A stretch of 64,000 nt of DNA from Lama guanicoe (Eukaryota). Each line of letters begins with the position of its first letter. Position 1 is the first letter of the stretch. The stretch lies in assembly GCA_013239625.1 (NCBI GenBank), contig MU055549.1, positions 1,116,001-1,180,000 of the forward strand. Reading direction: 5' to 3'. The notes under the pieces are model-generated. The model was given only the letters and a program-made list of their open reading frames with translations, did not search any database and was not told where the DNA came from. The position numbers and the translations under genes are program-made. Positions 1 through 12,911 of this stretch are shown one piece after another.

Positions 1-981
1 AGGCAGTTAGAGGGGCTGGGGGCAGGGCTGGACCCCGTGGTTGCACCCAGTGGCCTGGGACAGTGGCTCTAAAGATAGGGGTGTCCACACACCAAGCACC
101 CTTTAAACGTGGCCCTGCACCCAGCGGCCAGGGTGGGGCAGGCTCTTGATCCCGGAAGGCAGTGACTGCCCCTAGGTGGGTCAGTGGGATGGAGTGACCT
201 CACTGCGGCAGGGCTGGCTTGCGGCCTCGGGGGAGCAGGCTGCCATCTGTGGTCGACACTCGGCCGCAGTGCTGGTGCTGGGGCATCTCATGAAGGAGGA
301 GGACCCAGGGTTCCCCTCCGTGGGGGCCTCGGCCCTCCCGGCCTCTCCCTGGGCCGCCGTGTGGCCGAGTCATCAGGAGCACAGGCTCCTGACCAGATCT
401 CCCTGCCCTGCTGCAGGCGGTGCCCCAGCCTCCCTCCCTCAGTCCCCTCCTCTGAAGTCGGGGGATGGGCTCCGCAGAGGCCCCTGCAGGGCTGACTCAG
501 GGCTGCCGGCTGCAGTCATAGTTAGTTCTCCTCCCCTCCCCCTCCCGCAGTGGCCAGCATCCCCACCCCCAGAGGCCAGCCCACCAGGGGGCGTCTCCCG
601 CCGTCCCAGGGCCAGGCAGTGGGGCCGCTGCCGTCTTGCTTCCAGGGGTGGGAGGACACCTGCTCTTGCCCACTTCTCTCGAGGACCCTGGCCTGTCCTG
701 GAGCCTGGCATCCAAGTTTCTCTGCTCTGTGGTCCTATCTGCATGCCCCACGGCAGGCCCCAGCTTGACCGCCCTCCCCAGGCCACTGGCCCCTGAGAAT
801 GACGACAGGGTGGCTTCTGGTGGTCAGGGAGAGGAACAGCACATGAAAAATGAGTTATTTGTAGCTTTATTCTCAGAAGAGCCTGCTGATTAACAGTAAG
901 AGCTACCTCTGAGAGCTCACAGAATAAATGACAAAGTGGAAGGGGACCCTTAAAGCATTGCTTTGTTACTGCCACTATGTT

Positions 982-1152
982 CATCGTCATCTTCATCACT
1001 ATTTTCTTCTTCTTTGTCATGTTCATCCCCGTCACCATCCTCAACATCGCCACCACCATCACCACCATCACCATCACCTCATCACCACCGTCACCATCAC
1101 CACCGTCACCTCATCACCATTATTATCACCATCACCACCATCACCATCACCA
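982..1152. repeat. (CAT/CAC)n low-complexity trinucleotide repeat
   Basis: catcaccaccatcaccaccatcaccatcac... Confidence 0.9.
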
Positions 1153-1184
1153 CAGCTGCTGGCTGTTAGAAGCTGGCCCCTTGC

Positions 1185-1310
1185 CCAGCACTGCCTGAGC
1201 ATTTTGCCTCACTGTCTCAATTTCTTCTTTAATGACCCTCGAAGTTAGATTTTTTAACCCCTTTTTTAGAGAATAGGAAACCAGAGCAGCAGGGAAATGG
1301 CCCAGAGATG
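1185..1310. mobile_element. Degenerate MIR-like SINE fragment
   Basis: ...ttttttagagaataggaaaccagag resembles the MIR core; recognised from memory. Confidence 0.45.
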
Positions 1311-1480
1311 GTGCTGTGTTCCACTCTCTATTGGCCCCTCACCGGTATCTCTGCCCCAGCCGAGTGCCTCCCGCCGGGACCAGCCCCTCTGTCCTTCCCG
1401 AGGGTCCTGGCTCCGGGCAGCCCCTGAGCAGAGGTGGAGTCAGCATCTTGGGCAGGACCCCGCTCTGGGGTGCCCATTGA

Positions 1481-1860
<380 letters not shown>

Positions 1861-2654
1861 TGCGGACCTGCCCCCAGGTGTGGCACCTGGGCCATCGGTG
1901 CCTGGTTCCCAGGCCAGCCCCCCAGCTGCACAGGTGACGTCCACCTGAGGTTGGGTCGTGTCTGAGCAGCCCCAGCTGAGGCCGGCACGGAGACGGTTGG
2001 CCTTCATCGGGGTGGCCTTCACCTGGTCAGGTCCACTGCAGGGTCCTGGCCACTGCTGGGCAGGTGCCCTTTTGCCCACTGCCACGTCCCTGGTGAATTC
2101 AAACTGATTGTAACATTACCCGAAGGCAGATGAAATTAGGAAGATAAGGTTGCCTCCACAGAACAACAGAAAAAAAACCCCACGTGGAGTATTATAAAGT
2201 GAAATAGACGTAATTTCTGCATCTGCCTTGGGGACTCCGCTCTCTGGTCCTGATTCAGGCACCGGACTTTACGGAGCATGAGGGAGTAAGGCGAGGCTGG
2301 AGGCCGGTTGATGAAGCCTCAGACCCCAAAGCAACAGCTCTGTGCAGCCGGGGCTCTGGGAGAGGGGCCGGCCTGGGGGCCCCGGGTGGGGGACTGCTGT
2401 CCTCTGGGGCCTCTGGCACCCTTCAGCGTCCAGTGCTGGGTGTTCTCCCCACTGTCCGGCCTCAGGAGGTGGGCTGGAGGCAGCTCCCCAACAGTTACGG
2501 TGGCTGGTGTCGCCCAGCTCTGCCGGGGCTGTGGGGCGGGGCGGGGGTGTTAGGCCCCAGCCCCCTCCCCGGGCTCTGCTGGGGGGCCCTCGAGGGACCC
2601 CGCATCCCTGCGGAATGTCTGGACTCATCCCCCCGCTTCCTGTTCTTCTTACAG

Positions 2655-2692
2655 GGATGTGAAGCCCGACAACATTCTCCTGGACGAGCAAG
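2655..2692 (+). CDS. STK32C: STK32C coding exon (DVKPDNILLDEQ, catalytic loop)
   Basis: ttacag|G ... G|gtgggg, 38 nt. Confidence 0.95.
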
Positions 2693-2782
2693 GTGGGGCC
2701 GCAGACCCCCGTGCCGCGAGGCACTGCCCGCAGGACGTGTTCCCAAGCCGTGGGACAGACACGGCGTCCTCCTTCCTCACAG

Positions 2783-2872
2783 GACATGCGCACCTGACCG
2801 ACTTCAACATTGCCACCATCATAAAGGATGGCGAGAGGGCTACCGCGCTGGCCGGGACCAAGCCCTACATGG
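2783..2872 (+). CDS. STK32C: STK32C coding exon (HAHLTDFNIAT...GTKPYM)
   Basis: tcacag|GA ... G|gtgagc, 90 nt. Confidence 0.95.
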
Positions 2873-2996
2873 GTGAGCCCGCCGCCCGCGCTGCCCTGTG
2901 GCTGGAGGGGTCGGGCGGCTTCCCTAAAGGTACAGGGTTGGGCCGTTAGGAGCAGCCATGCTTGAGCCGTACGGAAGAGTCCAGTGGCGGCTGTGA

Positions 2997-3428
<432 letters not shown>

Positions 3429-3822
3429 TGAGGATGTGCCAGAGCGGGGCCGGGCGGAGGACTGTCCAGCAGGGCTGCCCCCTCGGGCTTCCTGGGAGGT
3501 TCCTGTGCGAGCGGGTCCCTGGAGTGGCCTTGCCTGGGCTCCAGCTGCTGTCCCACCCCTTGTGGGGGCCTCTGAGGCCCTGGCCGCTGCCCTGAGGAAG
3601 GTCACCCCTCTGCCCTCTGGCAGACCCACTGGGCCCAGACCTCTGGGGTGCTGGGCTCCCTTCCCAGCTGACCGGCGGCCTCTCCGGTCGTTTCTGGCCG
3701 TTTTTCTGGCTGCGGCGCAGGCTTTGCCTTCGCAGCTCTTCCCTGTGCCTGCCTGGGTGTGGGGAGCGTAGGGCTGGGGCCCTGGGGAGGCACCCAGGGC
3801 AGCATTGCCTGCCCTGCCCCAG

Positions 3823-3939
3823 AGGCCCTACGACATCCACTCGAGCAACGCCGTGGACTCCCTGGTGCAGCTGTTCAGCACTGTGAGTGTCCAGTATGTC
3901 CCCACCTGGTCCAAGGAGATGGTGGCCCTGCTGCGGAAG
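3823..3939 (+). CDS. STK32C: STK32C coding exon (RPYDIHS...ALLRK)
   Basis: cccag|AGG ... AAG|gtgagc, 117 nt. Confidence 0.95.
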
Positions 3940-4043
3940 GTGAGCTCCCTCCCGCCTCCCCACCTGGAGTGCAGTGCCGGCCGGTCACGGGGGCTGGACT
4001 GCGCATCCTGTCCTGAGGGCGGGCCGCGTGGAGACCCTGGTCT

Positions 4044-4230
4044 TGGGGGGGCCCCTGGTTCCTGCATTCTGTGTCTCGCGTCTCTCTCCGGCCAGGCTCC
4101 CGGCCTGGCCTGGCGGCAGCTCTGTCCTCATGGTAGCTCGGCCTGCGTGCGCGCTGGCGTGAGTGGAATCAGGTGTGTTGTGATCTAATCTAATCCTCAC
4201 AGCCTGGTTCCATTTCAAGTTGCGCAAACT
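4044..4230 (+). repeat. Direct duplication, copy 1 (~187 bp)
   Basis: Near-identical to 5960-6146 (~7 mismatches counted by eye). Confidence 0.92.
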
Positions 4231-5124
4231 TAGGTGCGGAGAGTTAACCCTGGGGCAGGTGGCCACATCGTGTGTGCTGGTGGGGGGGGGCGGGGGCTGG
4301 GCCCGCTCTGCTGTAGCGTCCTCTGCCCCTCTCCTGTTGTTGGAAGTAGGAAGCCACTGCCCGTTGCCAGCGGCCTGGCCAGCCCACCCACTGGGAGCAA
4401 GCAGAGAGGATCCCAGAACCCCCTGCACACCCCAGGTCCTGAACACGCATCTGCAGTAGCCCAGGGCACCTCAGCCTGGCAGGGACCTGGGGCTGTGGTG
4501 TCGTGGTCCGAGTGCCTCCCGCTGGTGTCCCAGGCTGGGCTGGAGGCTGCTCCTTGGCTGGCCTGCGAAGCTCTCCACTCGTAGAGCCGCACCTCGGACA
4601 CACCGGTGCATTGAGGCCGGGTCAGGACGGGTGTGGGAGGGCGGGCCGGGCGCACGTGGCCGGCCCACTCCCAGCTCCCGTCTCCTGGCCCTTGGCTGCA
4701 GACCTTTGGCCCTGGAGCTGTAGCCAAGCCAGTATGGCCCCCCCACCCCTGAGATGGGCCTTAATGCAGCTCTCACTCCACGCAGCTGCGTCCACAGCTG
4801 CCCTGGTGGCTCATAAGGTGGGACCTCGGCTCCCAGAGACCCAGGTGGGGCAGGGGGATGAGCTGCACGCCTGCCAAGCCGGGAAGCCTCGGACGGCATC
4901 CCTGGTCTGGGCGTGTGGGGCGACCCAGCCGCTGTGACGCTGGCCAGGCGTGCAGGTCCTGGGGCTGTGACGTTGATCCTGTCCTGTCTCTGCTCTGAGC
5001 CAGTTCAGGGGAGCAGTTAGCCAGGCTGCGGCTGCCGGCTGCTGGCGGGTCCGGGGGGAACCACACTGGGCCGAGTGCCGGCAGGACTGGGCCTGGGCAC
5101 CAGCTGACGGGAGCTTTGTTCCAG

Positions 5125-5250
5125 CTGCTCACTGTGGACCCCAAGCATCGCGTGTCCAGCCTGCGGGATGTGCAGGCGGCCCCGGCGCTGGCCGGCGTGC
5201 TGTGGGCCGAGCTCAGCGAAAAGAAGGTGGAACCTGGCTTCAGGCCCAAC
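5125..5250 (+). CDS. STK32C: STK32C coding exon (LLTVDPKHR...GFRPN)
   Basis: ttccag|CTG ... AAC|gtaagc, 126 nt. Confidence 0.95.
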
Positions 5251-5343
5251 GTAAGCCTGCAGCCGGGCGGGCGGGTGGGGCAGACGGGGCGGACAGGGCA
5301 GGCGGGCAGGCCCAGGCCGGGCTCAGCGCCCCGCCCTCCACAG

Positions 5344-5475
5344 AAAGGCCGCCTGCACTGCGACCCCACCTTCGAGCTGGAGGAGATGATCCTGGAGTCG
5401 AGGCCCCTGCACAAGAAGAAGAAGCGCCTGGCCAAGAACAGGTCGCGAGACAGCAGCAGAGACAGCTCCCAGTCG
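5344..5475 (+). CDS. STK32C: STK32C coding exon ([14 protein letters not shown]...DSSQS)
   Basis: cacag|AAA ... TCG|gtgagt, 132 nt. Confidence 0.95.
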
Positions 5476-5959
5476 GTGAGTGCGGGCCGGCTGCAAGCGT
5501 CTGCCGGCCCCTGCCTCACGCTCCCTCCTCCATGTCGGGGGGACGTGGCCGGGGCAGCCTGGGGAGGGCCCTCCTGCCTCGCCCAGCTCTGTTGTGGCCA
5601 TCGGGCCAGGCTCTGCCTCCGTGGTCACGGGCCGTCTTCCTGCGTGCGTGTGTGCGCGTGCGTTATGTGTCTGCCTGGTCTTCCCACAAGCACAGCAGTC
5701 ACCCTGGGCAGGACCCCTAGTCAGGATGACCTGCCCTTCATTGGACTGGTGGCAGCTGCAGGGACTTCATCCCACGTTCCAAGGTGCAGGGCTAGGACCC
5801 CCTTGGGGGGTACAGTTTAACCTGTCACAACCCCCAACCTGCCCCGTGTCGCCTGCTTCTCTGGAGTGGGTCGGTGCCCGCGGAGCAGGGGATCCAGCCT
5901 GAGCCTGTTCCCGGGGTACGGCTGGTGCTCACAACGCTGCCAGGGATGCAGGTGTGGAC

Positions 5960-6146
5960 TGGGGGGGGCCCTGGTTCCTGCATTCTGTGTCTCACGTCCC
6001 TCTCCGGCCAGGCTCCCGGCCTGGCCTGGCGGCAGCTCTGTCCTCATGGTAGCTCGGCCTGCGTGCGCGCTGGTGTGAGTGGAATCAGGTGTGTCGTGAT
6101 CTAATCTAATCCTCACTGCCTGGTTCCATTTCAAGTTGCACAAACT
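5960..6146 (+). repeat. Direct duplication, copy 2 (~187 bp)
   Basis: Near-identical to 4044-4230. Confidence 0.92.
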
Positions 6147-6479
6147 CAGGGGGTCACACTGTGCGTGCTTGGCAGTCTCCCTGCCCCTGGACCCGGCGGA
6201 GCCCTCGGGGTCGCCCTGGGCTGCAGTCTCCTACACCTGGTGGGCCCTGTGCTGCTCCAGGCACCGGTCCTAGGCAGAGACGTGCGTCAGCCCCTCCTCA
6301 CTGCGCTGAGGGGCCGGGGTTGGGGTCTCCCCCTGGAAACCTCGACTTCTCAGGGAGCAGGTGTGTTGGCTCAGCTCCCCACCTCCCGCCATGTGCTGCT
6401 GGCGGCCCCTGGTGTCCAGCAGCGGCATTGCAGGTGCGGAGCTGTTTCCCGCGGGTCCAGCTTTTTCCCGGGAGGGACG

Positions 6480-7200
6480 GCTTCCCGGTTCTTGACGTGA
6501 AAGAGCCGAAAGCGCGTTCCTTGCTTGTCTTTTTCATCGTTGACTGATAGGCGTTACTCGTTTACGTGTCTGCGCGCAAATAAATGCCTTCGGCGATGTG
6601 CAGCGGCTTCCTTCTGTTCTGGTGGCCCCTTGTTCCTTCCCGGAAGGCGTCACCTGCAGCAGAAGTTCTTGGCTTCGATGGAGTCCCGTGTGTCTGTCCT
6701 TCTCTCTCCATTCGTGCTTCTGGTGTCAATTCTAAGAAACCGCCGCCGAACCTAAATCACAGAGGTGCACTCCTGTGCGTTCTTCTGAGTGTTTGACAGT
6801 TTTCCTCCCACGTTTCGGTCTAGGACCTGCCGTGAGTTTTGTGGGTGGTGTCAGGTGGGGGTCCAACCTGATCCTTTTGCGCGTGGACGTGCAGTGTTCC
6901 AGGTGCTGCTTGTTGAAAGGGCTCTTATTTCCTCCCCTGAATTGCTCGGCGTCATTTTCAGAAATTAATTGACCGTGAACGGAGGGGTTTATTTACTGTC
7001 CCACTGGTCTGAACGTGAATGCCTGGCCCGCTGGTCCATGCCGCCCTGGTGACTAGGGAGCTCTCGTGAGTTCCGGGTCAGGAAGTGTGAGTCCTCCAGC
7101 CTGTTCTTGGTGAGACTGGCCCACTCTCCGGGCCCCGTGCACGTCCAGGGAATTTGACAGGTTTGGGAATCACTGCTCAGCAGGTTGTTTGCAACAGAGT
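6480..7200 (-). mobile_element. Ancient L1 ORF2 relic, antisense
   Basis: ttttgcgcgtggacgtgcagtgttccaggtgctgcttgttgaaaggg...aattaattgaccg matches the typical antisense L1M ORF2 pattern; boundaries approximate. Confidence 0.65.
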
Positions 7201-8968
7201 TGGGGACTGGAGCCTGGTCTCCATGCCCAAGCCCTTTGTCACTTCCCACGTGGGGTGACATCTGGGGCCAGATGCTGTGGGCGTCAGCGCTGACAGAGGC
7301 CCGGGAACGTCTTCCCTGAGGGTTATGTGCGAGGGTTTACTCAGAGGTGCACCCAGAACAGGCACTCTGCGCGTGGGCTCCGTCCTCAGGGAGCGGGGCC
7401 TTCCTGCCGCGCACCCAGCAGGTGTCAGCGAGGGGCCCAGAGGGACGGCGTTTTCCCCTGGGCCACGGGGGTGTGCCGTCAGAGGGACGTGCCCCAGGGC
7501 TGCACGGGGCGCACAGGCACAGTTTAGGGCCCCCTGCCAATAGCACACCGTGGGGCTCAGAAAGAGGAGGGGCCGTGGGGCGCGTCTCGGGGTTCACACG
7601 GTCCACTCAGACCCCCTCTCGTCCTGGGAGAACCTGGTGAGAAAGGGTAGTGGGGTGAGCCGCAGCCCTGCCCTCGGCAGCCCCCCAGGGCCGTTCCCAC
7701 TCTCATGCCTCCTCACCCTCGCCCTGCACCCCCTTCGGTCTCCATGTCTCAGGGGCTCACCTCCCAGCATGACCTTGCCCCTTGCCCCTGAGTGGCCTGA
7801 GCCTCTGGTCGTGGGACCTTCGCAGGCTGGAGCTTGTGCACGTGTGCACCTAGCATCCACACTGAGCCAGGGAAGGTGGCGGCCACGTGACTTACCTGGC
7901 GGTTTTGGTGCAGAAGCCCCACCCCTTCTTGATGAGTCAGGTCCGCTACCCCTGCCCTGACAGGGACTCCGCGGTGGCGGGGACAAGGTGCCAGGCAGGT
8001 AGCAGAGAGGAGAGACGGCTCCGGAGATCTGCAGAGAGGTCCCCTCAAGTCTCCCCGGGGGTGCCGCCTGGCACAGGCTGTGCACACGTGCGAGGAGACG
8101 GGAGGGAACCACAGACGGGGCAGGCAGACCCATCCTCAGAGCCACCCACGGCTGGGAACAGTCATGACCCGCCAGCCCGAGTGGAAGCCCTCGTGATGTC
8201 TGGGGCGCCAGGCAGTCGTCAGAGGGGGAAAGAGCCTCCTCCAAGACCCACATAAGCCTGCCGCAGCCTGTGCTGCTTCTGTGGAAGAGGTGCTGGGTCA
8301 CATGGCTCCTCTTTGCATTGGAGGGGGGGGTCCTGGCACGACCCGTATCGCCAGACCCCTAGACAACGCTCCAGTAGAGCAGGCTCTTGGCTCCTTGTAG
8401 GATTTCTCTCCCCACCCTGGGAAGTGTCTGACCAGGGCCTCTGAGGACTTGCCACCTCCTGCTCATCGATCGGATTAACTTCCTGCTGTCAGCGTGGTGG
8501 GTGACCTGGATGTCTGGGCGAACAAGGCTCTTTCTGACCGTGTCGTGACAGAGAACAGGAGCGTGAACCCAGGGCACCACCGACCTCCTTAGCTTCCCGG
8601 AAGCAGACCCTGAGATGGGATTTGTGCACCAAGGACAAGTGACTGGGAGGACCCAGAGGGAGCCATGGGACGTATGACTTCCAGACCAGCCTGGTTCTGC
8701 AGACATTGTGGCCCAGACAGCATCCACCCTGAGGCAGGGGCCGGGCTTCTGAGCCAGGGCATTGTTCTGTCAGAGGCTAAGGTCACTGGGAGGTGCAGAC
8801 TCCCTTGGGCTCCAGCTGCCTGAGGGCAGAGTTCCCCAAGAGCCCAAAGGCAAGCTTCTCAGAAGGCCATGGAGAAGCAGACCAGGGATGCCCCAGAGCC
8901 CACCTGAGGGACGCGAGGAAACCTGGTGGCATCCACTACACTCATTTCTGTGTCTTTCTGGCTAACAG

Positions 8969-9036
8969 GAGAATGACTACCTTCAGGACTGCCTTGATGC
9001 AATCCAGCAGGACTTTGTGATTTTTAACAGAGAAAA
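8969..9036 (+). CDS. STK32C: STK32C coding exon (ENDYLQDCL...FNRE)
   Basis: aacag|GAG ... AA|gtgagt, 68 nt. Confidence 0.94.
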
Positions 9037-9989
9037 GTGAGTGTGTGCGTGGGGGCGGCAACGAGGGCACAGGGGAGTTCAGGGGTTGGGCTGGCATTTT
9101 CTCAGCAGCCACATGGCATCGGCGGGGCTGGGGCCCCTGACCCTTGCCCTCCCCGGGGAGTGGCGGCCGTGGGAGGTCCCTGTTCAGGCTTGTGGGGAGG
9201 GGCTCCTTGGGAGCGTTCTGTTCTGAACTTGGGCACTTTCAGCCAATGGCCGGAGTCTCCTGGGCGACACTTGGTGGCCTGCCCCGCTGAGGCACTTGAC
9301 CTCCTGGGCGGCCCCTGCAGTCACATCAACTCTCATCCCTCACTCAGTCATTCAGCAAACCTTTACGAGTGCCAGGGATCGTGGGGCAGAAAGCGCACAG
9401 CTGGCTGGCAGGGAGGTGACAGGCCATAGATAGCTAAGACACGTGCCACGGTGGAGGGAGGAGTCCCAGTGCTGTGGGGCCCCAGGGGAGGGGAGGCAGG
9501 GGGAGGCGCAGAGGGCTTCCTGGAGGAGGTGACTCTGAGCTCTGGCCTGGGAGGAGAGCAGGTGCTCTGTTTTGCCTTGGTGACCAAGATGTGCGGACAC
9601 TGGACACCATCCTAGAGGTCAGAGGCCTGGGTCATAACAAGACTTGGCCAAGCTCTTTGGAAAGTTTTGTTCCAAATTGCCAACCCAGAGAACCTGCACT
9701 TAAACTAGGTCTCCTTGTGGCTTCTGGCTGGAAAGGGACTGAGACTCACCAGCCCCACAGCTCCCAGCCCAAGGGCCACAGATGGCCAGACAGAGGGTGC
9801 TGGGCTGAACGGCCCATGTGCCTGCACACCCTCGGCTGGCCCCTTTCGCTCTCAGCTCCCTGCTGTGCCAGCGTGGCTCAGTCAGAGATGCCCGGCGTGT
9901 GGTCCTAAGGGACAGGTCCTGGGCCAGAGAGCAGTGTCTGGGGCTGCCGGTGAGGCTGCATGAAGCCCCTCCCTGTGTCCCCTCACCAG

Positions 9990-10122
9990 GCTGAAGAGGA
10001 GCCAGGACCCCGTGAGTGAGACCCGGCCTGCGCCCGAGCCCAGCGAGGCAGCAGGCGGCGAGGGGGTGCGCCCTGCCCTGCCCGTGTGCGGCTCCATCTG
10101 CCCCTCGGCTGGGAGCGGCTAG
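9990..10122 (+). CDS. STK32C: STK32C last coding exon (LKRSQD...CPSAGSG*)
   Basis: accag|G CTG AAG ... TAG at 10120-10122. Confidence 0.93.
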
Positions 10123-12187
10123 GCAGCCCCCCAGCCCGTGGAGGTAACTCAGGTCACGTTGGAGACTCAAGGCCTCCAGAGGGACTGGACGGCAGGCGGC
10201 GGGCAGTGGGCAAGGCCCAGCGTGGACTTTCCCAGCCGAGGAGCCTGGTGCATCCAAACACAGGCCCAGGCCAGGGGCTTCCGCTGCTCCCTGGCCATAT
10301 TTTCACGGGCGCAGTCTGACCGCTGAGCCTGCCCCGGCTCTCAGTGGCACATGGTGACAAGAGGCTGTTGGTGCGGCTGAGAGCGGTGGGCAAGGAGGGT
10401 GGGCGCCACAGGCCGCTCCAGTCACCTGTCACGGTGGAGGGGGCATGTGGCTGCCTGCCTGGACTCTCCTGGTGGCCGCTGCGTGGGCCGCGTGGTGGGA
10501 CAGGTGCTCTGGTCTCCAGCCACCTGTCAGCTGTCCATGGCCCGCGTCCCCGCTGTCAGCTGCCCGCCGTCGTGAGCCTGCTGCCCGGAGCCGTGGGGCG
10601 GCCCAGGGTCCGCCGGCTTCTTGTACTTCGAAGTGGGGAGGGTCGTGGGTGTGAAGAATGTTTTCTAGAGACCCAGACTGCTCTGGTGATTTCTGCCGCG
10701 TTCTGTACACTTCCCGCCTCTGAGAGTCCCCACACGAGGGCCGCTTGGTGTCGGGGGCTTGCACGCTCTGTGCCTGCGGCTTCGCAGAGGACGTCTGTCC
10801 GGGCGCCGGGGCGGCTCCTTCCAGGGCAGGGCCTTGGAGCCTGGTTGTTGGCCTTGGCGGGGTTGCCTGTCTCCTGCCCCCGAAGCCCTAAGGCCACTGA
10901 AGGGTTAAGGGGGAGGCAGAGCTGGGCGGGGAACCTGGGGCAGGACCTGCGGTGGCGGTGGCAGGGCCAAGGTGTTGGTAAAACGCCTGGGTTGTGCTGA
11001 GGGAGGAGGAGCTGGCAGAGCTGAACGTCCACTGCCCCCCACCTGGGCGCAGGGAGTTAAAGTCGGAAGCACGCCCTGCAAGCCCACTCGGGGGACACAG
11101 GGCCCAGGTGCACCAGGGAAGCCAGGGCTGCACGGCACCGTGGGTGCACTGACCCCCAGAGAAAGTTCTGGGCCTCTGGTGACGTCAGAGGCAGGAACTG
11201 GGTGGGGGGAGGCGTGGGGCTCTGTGTAAACGTGTACATCCCAGTGTGCGTTTTTGAGATCCTGGGGACAGCATGGCTGTCCCTGAGTCAGTGGCAGGGA
11301 TGTGGGTGTGGCTCCCAGCCGTCCTGTCTTCCAGTGGGGTGCACGCGGGCACAGTGGGCAGTGGCCTCAGTGGAGCCCCAGGAAGCTGGCTCTGAGGTGA
11401 CACTGACCAGCAATCTGAGCCAGAGGGAGCCCCCAGGAACGCGGCAGAGCCCCAGGACAGACCTTCTCCAGGGGGCTGCCCTGGTCCAGCGTAGCACGTG
11501 AGAGGCCTGGATGCAAAGGCAGGGCTGTCTGTGCTCCCCCAGAGGACATGGCTTGGACCGCCCCCCGTCACCACTGGGAATGGACGCCTGGTGGGGGTGC
11601 TGACCTCGACCCTTCCCCATGCTCTTGGGGCGAAGACTGCACCCTGGGAGTGCCCCACACCTGGGGCACAGAACAGGCACACGTTTGAGAATGGGGCTGA
11701 GGCCAGCAGCTCCATCTTCTGGAAGGTTCTGGGGCAGCACAGTCCAGGGGTCTGGATCAGAACTTGGGCCACTCTGCCTTAAGGGGGCAGGACCCAGGCC
11801 CCACCTCCTCCGCTGCCACCCGCTGGCTGTGGGAGCACCCCAGGCCCTGTGCTGCCCCCGGCCTGCTGGGTCAGAATGTGGGTGGGGGGCCTCCCTGCCG
11901 GTCCGCTCCCTCTGAATGTCTGGCTGTCTCTGACCTGCAGGCCTGGGCCCCCTTCGCTGAGAGGCAAGGCCCTTCCCCACAGCTCAGACCCAGCCCTGCC
12001 CCGGCCCCAGCCCGGAGGCCAAGCACAGCCCTGCCTGTGGTTGCAAGTCCAGCTTCGAAGGCGCACGAAGACAGGTCTGGGGGCTGCAGGGTGTTCCCCA
12101 GGGTCCCATGCTTGAACCCCCGGGGGACGGTGTAGGGGCAGAGAAGTCAGGGCTCTCCACACGCCAGCGGCTTCCAGCCCAGATGCC

Positions 12188-12193
12188 TTTAAT
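12188..12193 (-). terminator. Probable DPYSL4 poly(A) signal (ATTAAA)
   Basis: tttaat on the + strand, ~720 nt downstream of the DPYSL4 stop codon. Confidence 0.55.
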
Positions 12194-12911
12194 CGACCTG
12201 ATTCACGTGGGACTCAGGCACAGCGCCGGTGAGGCCGCTGGGCTGCGGGTGGCATGCGGGTTCCTGGCTCCAGGTGTCCTCACCACACAAAACTGTTGCT
12301 CTAATAAACTACTGGAATGCACACTTAATAGTGAAGAAATGCATCTTAGCCAAAGGGTCCTAAGGTTCCCTGGAGACGGGCCCTATGGAAGCAGAGGTTT
12401 GGTCCTGGGAGGTGTGCAGACGAGTCTGCGGAAGTCCCGCCGGAGGCTGCCCTACACTGTTCCTGGCAGGTCCCTGAAGTCACGGCAGCTCCAGTGGGGG
12501 CGGGGAGGGGGGCACGCCTCCCTGCGCGGGGCGGACAGCGGGGACAGGCTGCTCCTCCGTCCGGGAGCGGGAGGAAGGGCTGGGGGCTTTGAGGGGCAGC
12601 GACTCGTGTCGGGGACAAGGGCACTGCACCCGCAGCCTTTCGGCCTGGCCCAGCCGCCCTGGGATCCCGAAGCCCCAGCACCTGGGCTCAGGGCCACTGG
12701 AGCTGTCCCCTCGCCCTGGCAGAGTAACCCCCCAGCTCAGCCTGTCCTGTGGGGGCTCCTTGTGACAGGACTGGGACCCCAGGAGGACTGTTTCTGGGGA
12801 GGGGAAGGTAAGGCCAAGCACCTTTGAAAGTAGGTTCAACGGAGGGACAGTGACGGGGGCGGGGAGGGGGCCTGGCCCCCAGGGCAGCACCCACGCGCCG
12901 GCCCGCGGCAC

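Noticed and set aside
928-1248. Poly-His/Thr/Ser ORFs
   Set aside because: Translations of an intronic (CAT/CAC)n repeat; no splice or codon support.
2783-2872. DFN instead of DFG in the kinase
   Set aside because: A known family-wide feature of STK32/YANK kinases.
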